From positions 1 through 40,893 of the forward strand of contig JAHDDI010000007.1 of the NCBI GenBank assembly GCA_020629435.1: a stretch of 40,893 nucleotides of DNA. Reading direction: 5' to 3'. Numbering within the stretch: the stretch's first letter is position 1; every line of letters starts with the position of its first letter. Made by a program: the position numbers and the translations under genes. Below, in pieces: positions 33,852-40,893 of the stretch. This DNA is from Minisyncoccota bacterium (GTDB taxonomy: Bacteria > Patescibacteriota > Minisyncoccia > Phycocordibacterales > GCA-2747955). The notes beneath the pieces are model-generated. The model was not told the origin of the DNA. It did no database searches and saw only the letters and a list, made by a program, of their open reading frames with translations.

Positions 33852-35597
33852 ATGAGTGAAATAGATCAAATTAAACAATCTATATCTATTTACGACGTAG
33901 TTGGGAAGTACGTAGAGCTAAAAAAATCTGGTATAAATTATTCCGGGCGATGCCCGTTTCATAATGAAAAGACACCGTCATTTTATGTGTCACCAGATCG
34001 GGGGACGTTCAAGTGTTTTGGTTGTGGAGAAGGGGGCGATATCTTTACTTTTTATGAAAAAATCGAGGGAATGGAGTTTAAGGAAGTACTACATAAACTT
34101 GCAGCTGAGGCCGGTGTTACTTTGTCTAAAAATAGCGGGCAAAAATCCGCCACCAGTAAAGGAGAGCGAGATAATAATTTGGCTATATTACAGTGGGCAG
34201 TTGTGTTTTGGCAAAAACAATTGTCGGCTAGCCCAGAAGCAATTGATTATTTGAAAAAAAGAGGTTTCACAAAACAAATGGTTATTGATTATGCATTGGG
34301 TTATGCACCAAATCAGTGGGAGTCACTGAAACAGTTTTTGTTAAGTAAAAATATACCCGAGAAGGACATTGAAAAAGTCGGGTTAATTAAAACAGGAGAC
34401 AAGGGGAAATCTTATGATCGATTTCGTGACCGGATTATATTTCCATTGCGTAATGTGTCTGGTAAAACAGTTGCGTTCTCTGGTCGTTATATCGGGTCCG
34501 ATGATGTCTCGGCAAAGTACCTTAATTCTCCCGAAACCCCTGTATTTAACAAGTCAAAAGAATTGTACGGTCTGGATACCGCAAAACACGCTATGCGCAA
34601 AAATAATTTTGCAATTGTTGTCGAGGGGCAAGTTGACTTGGTGATGTCTCAGTCGGTATTTCCCAACACAGTTGCAACATCAGGAACGTCGCTTACTGCT
34701 CAACACCTACAGTCGATAAAACGTTTTACTGATAGGGTGATATTTGTGTTTGATAATGATAATGCGGGGGTTAATGCCAGCCATAAAGCGTCTATACTGG
34801 CCCTAGGTATGGATTTTGAAGTACGCATAGCCACATTACCATCTGGACAAGACCCAGCGGATATAATTATCAAAGACGTTGACGCATATAAACAATACAT
34901 CAAAAAAGCAGAAGATGTGTTTGATTATTGGATAGCGGTGATAGCTAACCCAAACGTAAAACCACGAGAAAAAACACAACTATTAGAAGATCGGGTGTTT
35001 CCGTTATTGCATAATCACGCAAACGCTCTAGAGCAAGACAGGTATATTAATCAAATTTCGGAAAAGCTACAGTTGTCTGTCTCAGCCATTCGAACTCAGT
35101 TACAGTCAGACAAACACAAAACGTCAATTGCATCTCAATATTCCGATACAAAGGAAGACGCGGAATCCGAACCAAAAACACTGACTCCTTTTTCTAAAAT
35201 TGCTTTATTGTTGTATTGGCAGGAACAGGTCAGTGTCGAGAGTAGGTTTATTGATCCAGAGTCAATTATCAAGCAATTCCAAGCTGACGAGCAAAATGAA
35301 TTAAGGGTAAAAATAAGTTCACATTCTGAAGACAGTGAAATCGAAGAAAAGATGTTTGATCTTGAGAAAATGTACGAAAACAGTATAATACTTGAAAACG
35401 ACATCAATGAACTGTTAGTAAACATGTCTTCATATAAATCCAAACAACATCAAAACACATTGATGCAACAACATGCTCTGGCGATAGCACAGGGTGAGAC
35501 AGAAAAGGCACAACAATTATTACAACAAATAAACGAAACTATCACCCATGCCGGCAAAAAAAACAGCAACAAAGAAGACAGTAAAAGCAACAGCTAA
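33852..35597 (+). CDS. dnaG: DNA primase
   Basis: Zinc ribbon [26 protein letters not shown]. The Toprim domain has EGQVDLV and the DNDNAG motif. The C-terminal region is divergent. Confidence 0.93.
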   Translation: MSEIDQIKQSISIYDVVGKYVELKKSGINYSGRCPFHNEKTPSFYVSPDRGTFKCFGCGEGGDIFTFYEKIEGMEFKEVLHKLAAEAGVTLSKNSGQKSATSKGERDNNLAILQWAVVFWQKQLSASPEAIDYLKKRGFTKQMVIDYALGYAPNQWESLKQFLLSKNIPEKDIEKVGLIKTGDKGKSYDRFRDRIIFPLRNVSGKTVAFSGRYIGSDDVSAKYLNSPETPVFNKSKELYGLDTAKHAMRKNNFAIVVEGQVDLVMSQSVFPNTVATSGTSLTAQHLQSIKRFTDRVIFVFDNDNAGVNASHKASILALGMDFEVRIATLPSGQDPADIIIKDVDAYKQYIKKAEDVFDYWIAVIANPNVKPREKTQLLEDRVFPLLHNHANALEQDRYINQISEKLQLSVSAIRTQLQSDKHKTSIASQYSDTKEDAESEPKTLTPFSKIALLLYWQEQVSVESRFIDPESIIKQFQADEQNELRVKISSHSEDSEIEEKMFDLEKMYENSIILENDINELLVNMSSYKSKQHQNTLMQQHALAIAQGETEKAQQLLQQINETITHAGKKNSNKEDSKSNS

Positions 35598-36693
35598 AAA
35601 AGCAACAAAAACTACAAAGAAAAAATCAGAAGAAAAAGTGGAGGAAAAAGTGCTGACAGCAAAACAATTAGAAAAAAAGATGCTTGAAAAAGAAGCACCT
35701 GATTTAGAAGACCTAGAAGAGTTAGAAGAAATTGAAATTGAAGAGGGAATTTCTGATGCATTAACAACAGTACTGGAACAAGGTGGTGGTCTTTTAGATG
35801 TAGCAGCAGCAGAGCAAGAAGACGAGGTAAAAAACAAAGACAAAAAATACGATTCAGTTCAAATGTATTTAAAAGAAATTGGTAAATACGATTTGATTGA
35901 TGCAAAAAAAGAAGTTGAGCTAGCAAAACGAATCGAGAAAGACGACGAAGAAGCAAAAAACGAGCTTGCTCGTGCGAACCTGCGTTTAGTGGTTTCTATT
36001 GCAAAAAAATACGTTGGACGTTCACCAGATTTAACATTGCTTGATTTAATTCAAGAAGGAAACATCGGGCTCTTTAAGGCAGTTGATAAATTTGAATGGG
36101 AAAAAGGATATAAATTCTCTACCTACGCGACATGGTGGATTCGACAGGCAGTAACACGTGCCTTGGCCGATCAGTCAAAGACCATTCGAATCCCTGTGCA
36201 CATGGTTGAAACAATTACTAAATACAAACAGGTAGTACGACGACTGTCGCAAGACTTGGGGCGATACCCAATGCCAGAAGAAATTGCAGAAGAAATGGAC
36301 CTGGAACTGGAAAAAGTTCATCATATTATGCAGATTGACCAAGTGACTGTGTCACTAGAGACACCGATTGCAAGTGATACTGACGACGGTAAATCAACGC
36401 TTGGGGACTTTATTGGAAACGAATCAGCATCAGGTGACCGAATCTTGTCACCAGACGAAGAAGCAGATAGTACGCTGTTGCGTAAACAAATTCTAGAAGT
36501 CTTAGACAACCTGTCTGACAAAGAACGAAAAATTCTAGAAATGCGACATGGGCTAACGGATGGAATATTCCACACCTTAGAAGAAGTAGGGAAAGAATTT
36601 GGGGTAACACGAGAACGTATTCGACAAATCGAAGCAAAAGCACACGAGAGAATTCGAAACTCAAACGATGCTCAAAAATTAAAAGAATTTTAG
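35548..36693 (+). CDS. rpoD: primary RNA polymerase sigma factor (sigma-70 family) with a Lys/Ala/Thr-rich N-terminal tail
   Basis: Region 2 ([36 protein letters not shown]), region 3, and region 4 ([20 protein letters not shown]). Overlaps the dnaG 3' end by 50 nt in a different frame. Confidence 0.92.
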   Translation: MPAKKTATKKTVKATAKKATKTTKKKSEEKVEEKVLTAKQLEKKMLEKEAPDLEDLEELEEIEIEEGISDALTTVLEQGGGLLDVAAAEQEDEVKNKDKKYDSVQMYLKEIGKYDLIDAKKEVELAKRIEKDDEEAKNELARANLRLVVSIAKKYVGRSPDLTLLDLIQEGNIGLFKAVDKFEWEKGYKFSTYATWWIRQAVTRALADQSKTIRIPVHMVETITKYKQVVRRLSQDLGRYPMPEEIAEEMDLELEKVHHIMQIDQVTVSLETPIASDTDDGKSTLGDFIGNESASGDRILSPDEEADSTLLRKQILEVLDNLSDKERKILEMRHGLTDGIFHTLEEVGKEFGVTRERIRQIEAKAHERIRNSNDAQKLKEF

Positions 36694-36700
36694 ACAACAA

Positions 36701-36725
36701 AAAGGCCCTTCAACGAAGGGCCTTT
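36701..36725. terminator. bidirectional hairpin terminator between rpoD and the convergent small gene
   Basis: 10-bp stem: aaaggccctt (36701-36710) pairs with aagggccttt (36716-36725), with loop caacg. Confidence 0.7.
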
Positions 36726-36757
36726 GGCATACCTATTTTTGTTAATGCTTTGCTTGC

Positions 36758-37102
36758 TCAAAGAATATTCAATTCATCAAACTTGGCACGGATGTCGGCA
36801 CAAAGTCTATCAGAGAATTCTGCAGCATTAATTGAACGGAAATCACCCATTCGGAAAAGGTATTTTCTTGTCAAAAGATACCCAAAGACCAATGCATGTT
36901 GCGAGCTCAGTAAGAGCATTTTTAGTATTCCCTGGATCCAATTGTCTGAATCCGCCCACTCTGACTGCGCCTCACTTTGAAATGTTGGTTTTTCGGTAAC
37001 TCCATCGGCTGCGACACGAAACAGATAGTCCCAGTTCACAAACAGTGTGAACAAGAGAATCAAAAAATATGCAGAAAAAAGAAGCCAAAATACAAAGTTC
37101 AT
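36758..37102 (-). CDS. hypothetical small membrane-anchored protein
   Basis: 114 aa with an N-terminal TM segment (FVFWLLFSAYFLILLFTLFV). Upstream on the minus strand are TGtTATAAA (37132-37140) and an SD-like GAAAGG 8 nt before the ATG. Preferred over the overlapping + ORF 36750-36980. Ends in TGA. Confidence 0.4.
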   Translation of the reverse strand: MNFVFWLLFSAYFLILLFTLFVNWDYLFRVAADGVTEKPTFQSEAQSEWADSDNWIQGILKMLLLSSQHALVFGYLLTRKYLFRMGDFRSINAAEFSDRLCADIRAKFDELNIL

Positions 37103-37176
37103 TGTGTAACCTTTCTAGATTCGTTTATTTATTTATAACATATTCAGATATTTTTGCTTTTTTGTTTCAGTAGATG

Positions 37177-37185
37177 TGATAAAAT
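37177..37185 (+). promoter_or_regulatory. extended -10 promoter TGaTAAAAT, 11 nt before the atpB ATG
   Basis: TG at 37177-37178 and TAAAAT at 37180-37185. Confidence 0.5.
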
Positions 37186-37196
37186 AGCTTTCAATT

Positions 37197-37943
37197 ATGG
37201 CAAAACAAGACGAAAACTCACAGGGAATTACAGTAAAATTAAAACCAGATACATTAGGATATATCGGTGATATTCCCATTACTAATTCATTAACGTCATC
37301 ATTGTTGGGAAGTATTATTTTGATTGTATTGTTACTATTGGTTTCGGCTCGACTAAAAATGATTCCAGGAAAAGTACAGTCACTGTTTGAATTAGTAGTT
37401 GAAAAAGGTTATGCATTTACACTGGAAACATTGGACGGTAATGAAAAAGTAGCGCGCAAAGTATTTCCACTTATTGCGTCTTTGTTTGTTTTTATTCTTT
37501 TCTTTAACTTAATCAAATTCATTCCTGGTTACGAAAGTACATTTTTTGGTGACTACCATTTGTTAAAACCATTGCACGCTGACCTGAACATGACGTTGGC
37601 TTTGGGTATTACTGCGTTCATTGCAATCCAAATTGCAGGGGTCGCTGTATTAGGTTTTTGGAAATATGGTTCAAAATTCATTAACATCAAAAAGCCGCTG
37701 ACTATTCCAATCGGTTTAATCGAATTGATTGCCGAAGTGGCCAAACTATTCTCACTATCATTACGATTATTTATTAATATCTTTGTTGGTGGAGTATTGT
37801 TGTTGTTGGTTAATTCGTTATCGCACTTTGTTTTGCCAGTTCCAATTTTATTGTTCGAGATTTTCATTGCATTTTTACAGGCCGGAGTATTTGCGCTACT
37901 GACACTGATGTACGTTAAACTGGCTACTGATGAACCTCATTAG
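37197..37943 (+). CDS. atpB: F0F1 ATP synthase subunit a
   Basis: The conserved Arg helix LFSLSLRLFINIFVGGVLL and the C-terminal FLQAGVFALLTLMY are typical of subunit a. Confidence 0.9.
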   Translation: MAKQDENSQGITVKLKPDTLGYIGDIPITNSLTSSLLGSIILIVLLLLVSARLKMIPGKVQSLFELVVEKGYAFTLETLDGNEKVARKVFPLIASLFVFILFFNLIKFIPGYESTFFGDYHLLKPLHADLNMTLALGITAFIAIQIAGVAVLGFWKYGSKFINIKKPLTIPIGLIELIAEVAKLFSLSLRLFINIFVGGVLLLLVNSLSHFVLPVPILLFEIFIAFLQAGVFALLTLMYVKLATDEPH

Positions 37944-37968
37944 TACAATTTTGAGTATTATACCTGTA

Positions 37969-37977
37969 TGGTATAAT
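37969..37977 (+). promoter_or_regulatory. internal extended -10 promoter TGgTATAAT between atpB and atpE
   Basis: Perfect TGnTATAAT. The ORF-track start ATG 37976 lies inside it, so atpE is started at ATG 38012. Confidence 0.55.
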
Positions 37978-38011
37978 GCTCGCATATTATTATCATATTT
38001 ATAAAACTTGT

Positions 38012-38215
38012 ATGGAAGCATTAGCTAAAGCATTAATTGTAGGAATCGGAGTACTAGGACCTGCTATCGGAGTAGCGATGGTGTTCTCAAAAGGTCTAGA
38101 AGGAATCGCACGTAACCCAGAAGCAGCAAACAAAATTACACCATTGATTTTCGTTGGAGCAGGACTTGTCGAAGTATTGGGACTGGCAACAATCGCATTG
38201 TTCTTCTTGGTATAA
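38012..38215 (+). CDS. atpE: F0F1 ATP synthase subunit c
   Basis: 67-aa hairpin: GIGVLGPAIGVAMVF...ARNPEA...FVGAGLVEVLGLATIALFF, with the ion-binding Glu in helix 2. Confidence 0.88.
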   Translation: MEALAKALIVGIGVLGPAIGVAMVFSKGLEGIARNPEAANKITPLIFVGAGLVEVLGLATIALFFLV

Positions 38216-38240
38216 TTTATTGATTAATCTTTTCTGATTT

Positions 38241-38684
38241 ATGGATGTAATTATTGAAAAATTTGGAATTGACCCTGCGTTGATTGCCGCTGAGACAGTT
38301 AACTTTTTAATTGTAGTAGGTATTTTGTATTACTTTGTATTTAGAAAAGTAGGCGCTATGCTAGATGAGCGTAAAAAAGTCATCGAAGACGGAGTAGCAA
38401 ATGCTGAACAAGCAGAATCCAAGCTAACAGAAGCAGAAGCAGAAAAACAAACTATTCTGCACGCAGCGGGCGAAGAAGCAACAGCAGAAATAAAAGCCGC
38501 AGTTGAAACTGCAAAATTACGAGAAGCACAGATAGTAGGAGACGCAAACACTCAGGCAACAACTATCATTGAAAATGCAAATCACAAAGGAGAAGAGATG
38601 AAACAAAAAATCGTTGAATCATCAAAAGAAGATATCGCAAAAATGATAGTCCTGGGAGCAGAAAAAACGCTTGCAGCTAAATAA
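38241..38684 (+). CDS. atpF: F0F1 ATP synthase subunit b
   Basis: Single N-terminal TM segment (ETVNFLIVVGILYYFVF), then a long Ala/Glu/Lys-rich helix (LDERKKVIEDGVANAEQAE...). Confidence 0.8.
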   Translation: MDVIIEKFGIDPALIAAETVNFLIVVGILYYFVFRKVGAMLDERKKVIEDGVANAEQAESKLTEAEAEKQTILHAAGEEATAEIKAAVETAKLREAQIVGDANTQATTIIENANHKGEEMKQKIVESSKEDIAKMIVLGAEKTLAAK

Positions 38685-38690
38685 ACAAAA

Positions 38691-38716
38691 AACACCCAAA
38701 ACCTGGGTGTTTTTTG
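38691..38716 (+). terminator. rho-independent terminator directly after atpF
   Basis: aacaccca (38691-38698), loop aaacc, tgggtgtt (38704-38711), then tttt. Confidence 0.75.
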
Positions 38717-38786
38717 TTATCACAAAGCAGAAAATATACAAATCAATGTCCCTTGCAGGTAAATATTATAGGCGTAAAATAATTTT

Positions 38787-39671
38787 ATGAAATTTTCTTA
38801 TTTGTTTTTTATAGGAGTATTGGTTGTACTACCAACATCATTTCTATTGGCGCAGGATCAAAATAATAATACTGCTGATACAAAAAATGTTATCGACTAT
38901 GTGTCTGATGAAATTTCGGTGTCACTTCCGTTGTCTGGAATAACAAATGATCCTATTGTTGTGCCAAGCGACAATGATGATGATTTATTGAACAGAAGTT
39001 TTAATACAATTACACCGTTCAATTTTGTAGCATATTTTGTCTCACTTATGGTAACAGCAGGACTGTCAGTAGAGACAATCGTTTTAACATTACTAATTCC
39101 AATTTTGGCAACAATAATTACCTTTACACGTAATATTATTGGACTCCCTAGTATGGACACCTTGGTGATAATTTCTTTTTCGATTGCCCTTGTAGCATCA
39201 AATATCCTCATTGGGTCAATATTGCTTGTGGTGACATTGGTATCTTCTGTGGTTGCTCGGTCACTGTTCAAGAGAATAAAAATAATGCAGCTACCAAAAG
39301 TAACGTTATCGATGTTTTTTGTAACAGTCTCTGTGCTGTCTGTGTTGGGGTTGATTGCATTGACTGACGGTATGGCGGTTCAGTCAATTTCGGTTGTACC
39401 TGTGTTGTTGTTTATAATTATGTCAGAACGTATCGTACGACTGCAATTTGATTCTAATCCCAACTATGCGTGGATGACAGTGTTGGTTACACTGGTTATT
39501 GGAACAACTGGATATTATATTATGTTGTCAGAAAACATTCGTCAGTTTTTAATTAATTATCCAGAAACAGTGTTCTTGGTAATTCCGATTAATTATTTTA
39601 TTGGAAGATATTTTGGTCTGCGATTAATGGAAAAAGTACGCTTTTCTGACTTATTGTCTCGAAAAAAATAA
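38787..39671 (+). CDS. 7-TM membrane protein related to the 7TM module of 7TM-transglutaminase proteins (no transglutaminase domain)
   Basis: Signal peptide, an ~70-aa extracytoplasmic region, then about 7 TM segments. The first TM region, LLIPILATIITFTRNIIGLPSMDTLVIISFSIAL, resembles the conserved R..(I/V)G(L/I) start of the 7TM_transglut module. The stop lies 1 nt before the ATP-grasp ATG. Confidence 0.5.
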   Translation: MKFSYLFFIGVLVVLPTSFLLAQDQNNNTADTKNVIDYVSDEISVSLPLSGITNDPIVVPSDNDDDLLNRSFNTITPFNFVAYFVSLMVTAGLSVETIVLTLLIPILATIITFTRNIIGLPSMDTLVIISFSIALVASNILIGSILLVVTLVSSVVARSLFKRIKIMQLPKVTLSMFFVTVSVLSVLGLIALTDGMAVQSISVVPVLLFIIMSERIVRLQFDSNPNYAWMTVLVTLVIGTTGYYIMLSENIRQFLINYPETVFLVIPINYFIGRYFGLRLMEKVRFSDLLSRKK

Positions 39672-39672
39672 T

Positions 39673-40893
39673 ATGAAAATCGAACCCTTGGGAATGAATG
39701 CTCGAAATTTCTTGTATATTCTCCCGTACAACAAAGTCCGCGCCAAAGCCAGAGCAGATGATAAATTAGCAACCAAAAAAATTTTATTAAAGAAAAAAAT
39801 TGCCACTCCGCATTTGATAGCGTCGTTTAATAATACCCATGATGCGCGAGTATTTGATTGGCACACACTACCAAAATCTTTTGTCGTAAAACCTGCGCGT
39901 GGTTATGGAGGTGGGGGAATTTTATTGATCAAAAAATGGAATGGTACCAGCGGTGTTACCCAAGACGGAGAAGAAATTACTGTACCAGAGATCGAAACAC
40001 ATGTTTTTGATATCACTATGGGTGTATTTTCATTAGGGTCAACCAAAGACCTTGCGTTTATTGAAGAGAGAATTATTCCAATGAAATTTTTCAAGAAAAT
40101 TCCAATTTTAGGTATTCCTGATATTAGGGTTATTGTGTTTGCCGGAGTGCCTGTTATGGCTATGATGCGAATTCCATCTGAACAATCTGACGGAAAGGCA
40201 AATCTAACTGTAGGTGCTGTTGGTGTGGGGATTGATATTTCAACAGGGGTTACGACATATGGATGGCAAAAGGGTTACACTGTTCGTCTGTTTCCAGGCA
40301 CTCGAATCAAGATGCGGGGTATTAAAATTCCTATGTGGGATGAAGTATTGGACCAAGCGGTTCGCGCACAACATGTCAGCAAATTAGGGTTTGCGGGGAT
40401 TGATATTATTTTAGATAAAAACAAGGGACCATTAGTCATTGAAATTAATGCTCGGCCCGGACTGTCCATTCAATCAGTCAATCAAGCATCATTACTGGAA
40501 CGTTTAAAACGTGTAGAAAATATTAAACCCAAGCCAGAATTAGAACGGGGAATCGAAATCGGTAAAACGTTGTTTACCGAAGAATTTTCGACAAAGGTGA
40601 CCCGTAAAAATAACATTATTGGTGTTTTTGAAAAAATTGGAATAAACAATGGAAAAAACAAAAAAGATTTTCAAATAATTGCCAAGATAGACACTGGGGC
40701 ATACAGAACATCTATCGATAGAGAGCTTGCCGAACAATTACAATTAATTAGGCACGATAGAATTGTAAAGGTGCGCGCCGCATCAGGACAGCAGGACCGA
40801 GAAATGGTAAACATAACGTTGAATATTGCAGGTAAAAAAATAGAAACAACTGCATCTGTAACTGACAGAAATGACCTGCGGCATCAAATTATT
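39673..40893 (+). CDS. alpha-L-glutamate-ligase-like ATP-grasp enzyme fused to a retropepsin-like (DTG) peptidase domain; 3' end outside the window
   Basis: Absent from the ORF track because no stop falls in the window; I translated 407 codons by hand with no stop. The N-terminus GMNARNFLYILPYNKVRAKARADDKLATKKILL, together with SFVVKPARGYGGGGILLI, IPDIRVIVF, SDGKANLTVGAVGVGID, AGIDIILD...LVIEINARPGLS, matches the RimK-related ATP-grasp pattern. The C-terminal FQIIAKIDTGAYRTSIDRELA (DTG at 40690-40698) matches the RimK-associated aspartyl peptidase (Zn_protease family). Confidence 0.8.
   Translation, partial: MKIEPLGMNARNFLYILPYNKVRAKARADDKLATKKILLKKKIATPHLIASFNNTHDARVFDWHTLPKSFVVKPARGYGGGGILLIKKWNGTSGVTQDGEEITVPEIETHVFDITMGVFSLGSTKDLAFIEERIIPMKFFKKIPILGIPDIRVIVFAGVPVMAMMRIPSEQSDGKANLTVGAVGVGIDISTGVTTYGWQKGYTVRLFPGTRIKMRGIKIPMWDEVLDQAVRAQHVSKLGFAGIDIILDKNKGPLVIEINARPGLSIQSVNQASLLERLKRVENIKPKPELERGIEIGKTLFTEEFSTKVTRKNNIIGVFEKIGINNGKNKKDFQIIAKIDTGAYRTSIDRELAEQLQLIRHDRIVKVRAASGQQDREMVNITLNIAGKKIETTASVTDRNDLRHQII

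Noticed and set aside
35520-35956. Two minus-strand ORFs (107 and 114 aa) across the dnaG/rpoD junction.
   Set aside because: They are mirror images of the Lys/Glu-rich low-complexity coding region of rpoD, giving S/F/L-rich nonsense translations. rpoD is unambiguous on the plus strand.
36750-36980. Plus-strand 76-aa ORF downstream of rpoD.
   Set aside because: It starts after the rpoD terminator with no promoter-like element. It overlaps the minus-strand ORF 36758-37102, which has a TM helix, an extended -10 and an SD-like motif. Only one of the two can be real, and the minus-strand ORF is better supported, though still only at 0.4.
38012-38215. Na+-specific c-subunit.
   Set aside because: The ion-binding helix reads GLVEVLGL, without the Ser/Thr after Glu. 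I also saw no helix-1 Gln at the expected position. A default H+ type is assumed, and this cannot be resolved from sequence alone.
1-40893. Alternative genetic code (UGA reassignment, as in some CPR lineages or Mollicutes).
   Set aside because: Standard-code translation gives full-length, uninterrupted RpoB, RpoC, IF-2, DnaB, SerS and others. TGA is merely rare as a stop (2 of ~38) and does not interrupt any conserved gene.
1-40893. CRISPR arrays, tRNA/rRNA genes, transposases, integrases, prophage or obvious defence islands.
   Set aside because: No spaced direct-repeat array exists. No intergenic region is long enough for an unexplained structured RNA; the longest, 5733-6010, is accounted for by the T-box. 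No recombinase-like ORF or terminal inverted repeats were seen.

Overview
This is an AT-rich bacterial chromosome segment, about 38-40% GC from hand counts of two 100-nt samples. It is very gene-dense, with about 38 CDS and short intergenic regions, and it reads cleanly in the standard genetic code. Most genes are core housekeeping: serS behind a T-box leader, ftsQ-like, dus, Nudix, HD, rnj, secG, cmk, a UvrD-type helicase-nuclease, a DsbA-like protein, infB-rbfA, cysteine desulfurase, recR, dnaB, rpoB-rpoC, dnaG-rpoD and atpB-atpE-atpF. The classical operon contexts are broken up: there is no nusA before infB, no rplKAJL before rpoB, no rpsU before dnaG, and no F1 genes after atpF. A short IF-2 (501 aa), a small RpoB, a T4SS-pilin-like family protein and the near absence of Shine-Dalgarno motifs suggest a reduced CPR/Patescibacteria-like genome; this assignment is inference only. 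I found no rRNA, tRNA, CRISPR array, transposase or integrase. The most interesting regions are as follows. (1) At 939-4259 there is a compact NQR/RNF-derived flavin module: an RnfD/NqrB-like membrane domain fused to an FNR-like FAD/NAD(P)H reductase, a membrane-anchored FMN-binding protein, a signal-peptide-less ApbE flavin transferase and a small acidic Met-rich anchored peptide. (2) At 38787-40893 there is a 7TM protein translationally coupled to an ATP-grasp (alpha-L-glutamate-ligase-like) enzyme fused to a retropepsin-like DTG peptidase; this amidoligase system has been predicted but is biochemically uncharacterised. (3) At 24536-25705 there is a T4SS-pilin-like membrane module fused to a LAS/M15 peptidoglycan peptidase. 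(4) Across the window, TGnTAnnnT extended -10 elements sit exactly 6 nt from ATG start codons, implying mostly leaderless mRNAs. This includes a palindromic back-to-back divergent pair, and two distant promoters that share an identical 17-nt block.
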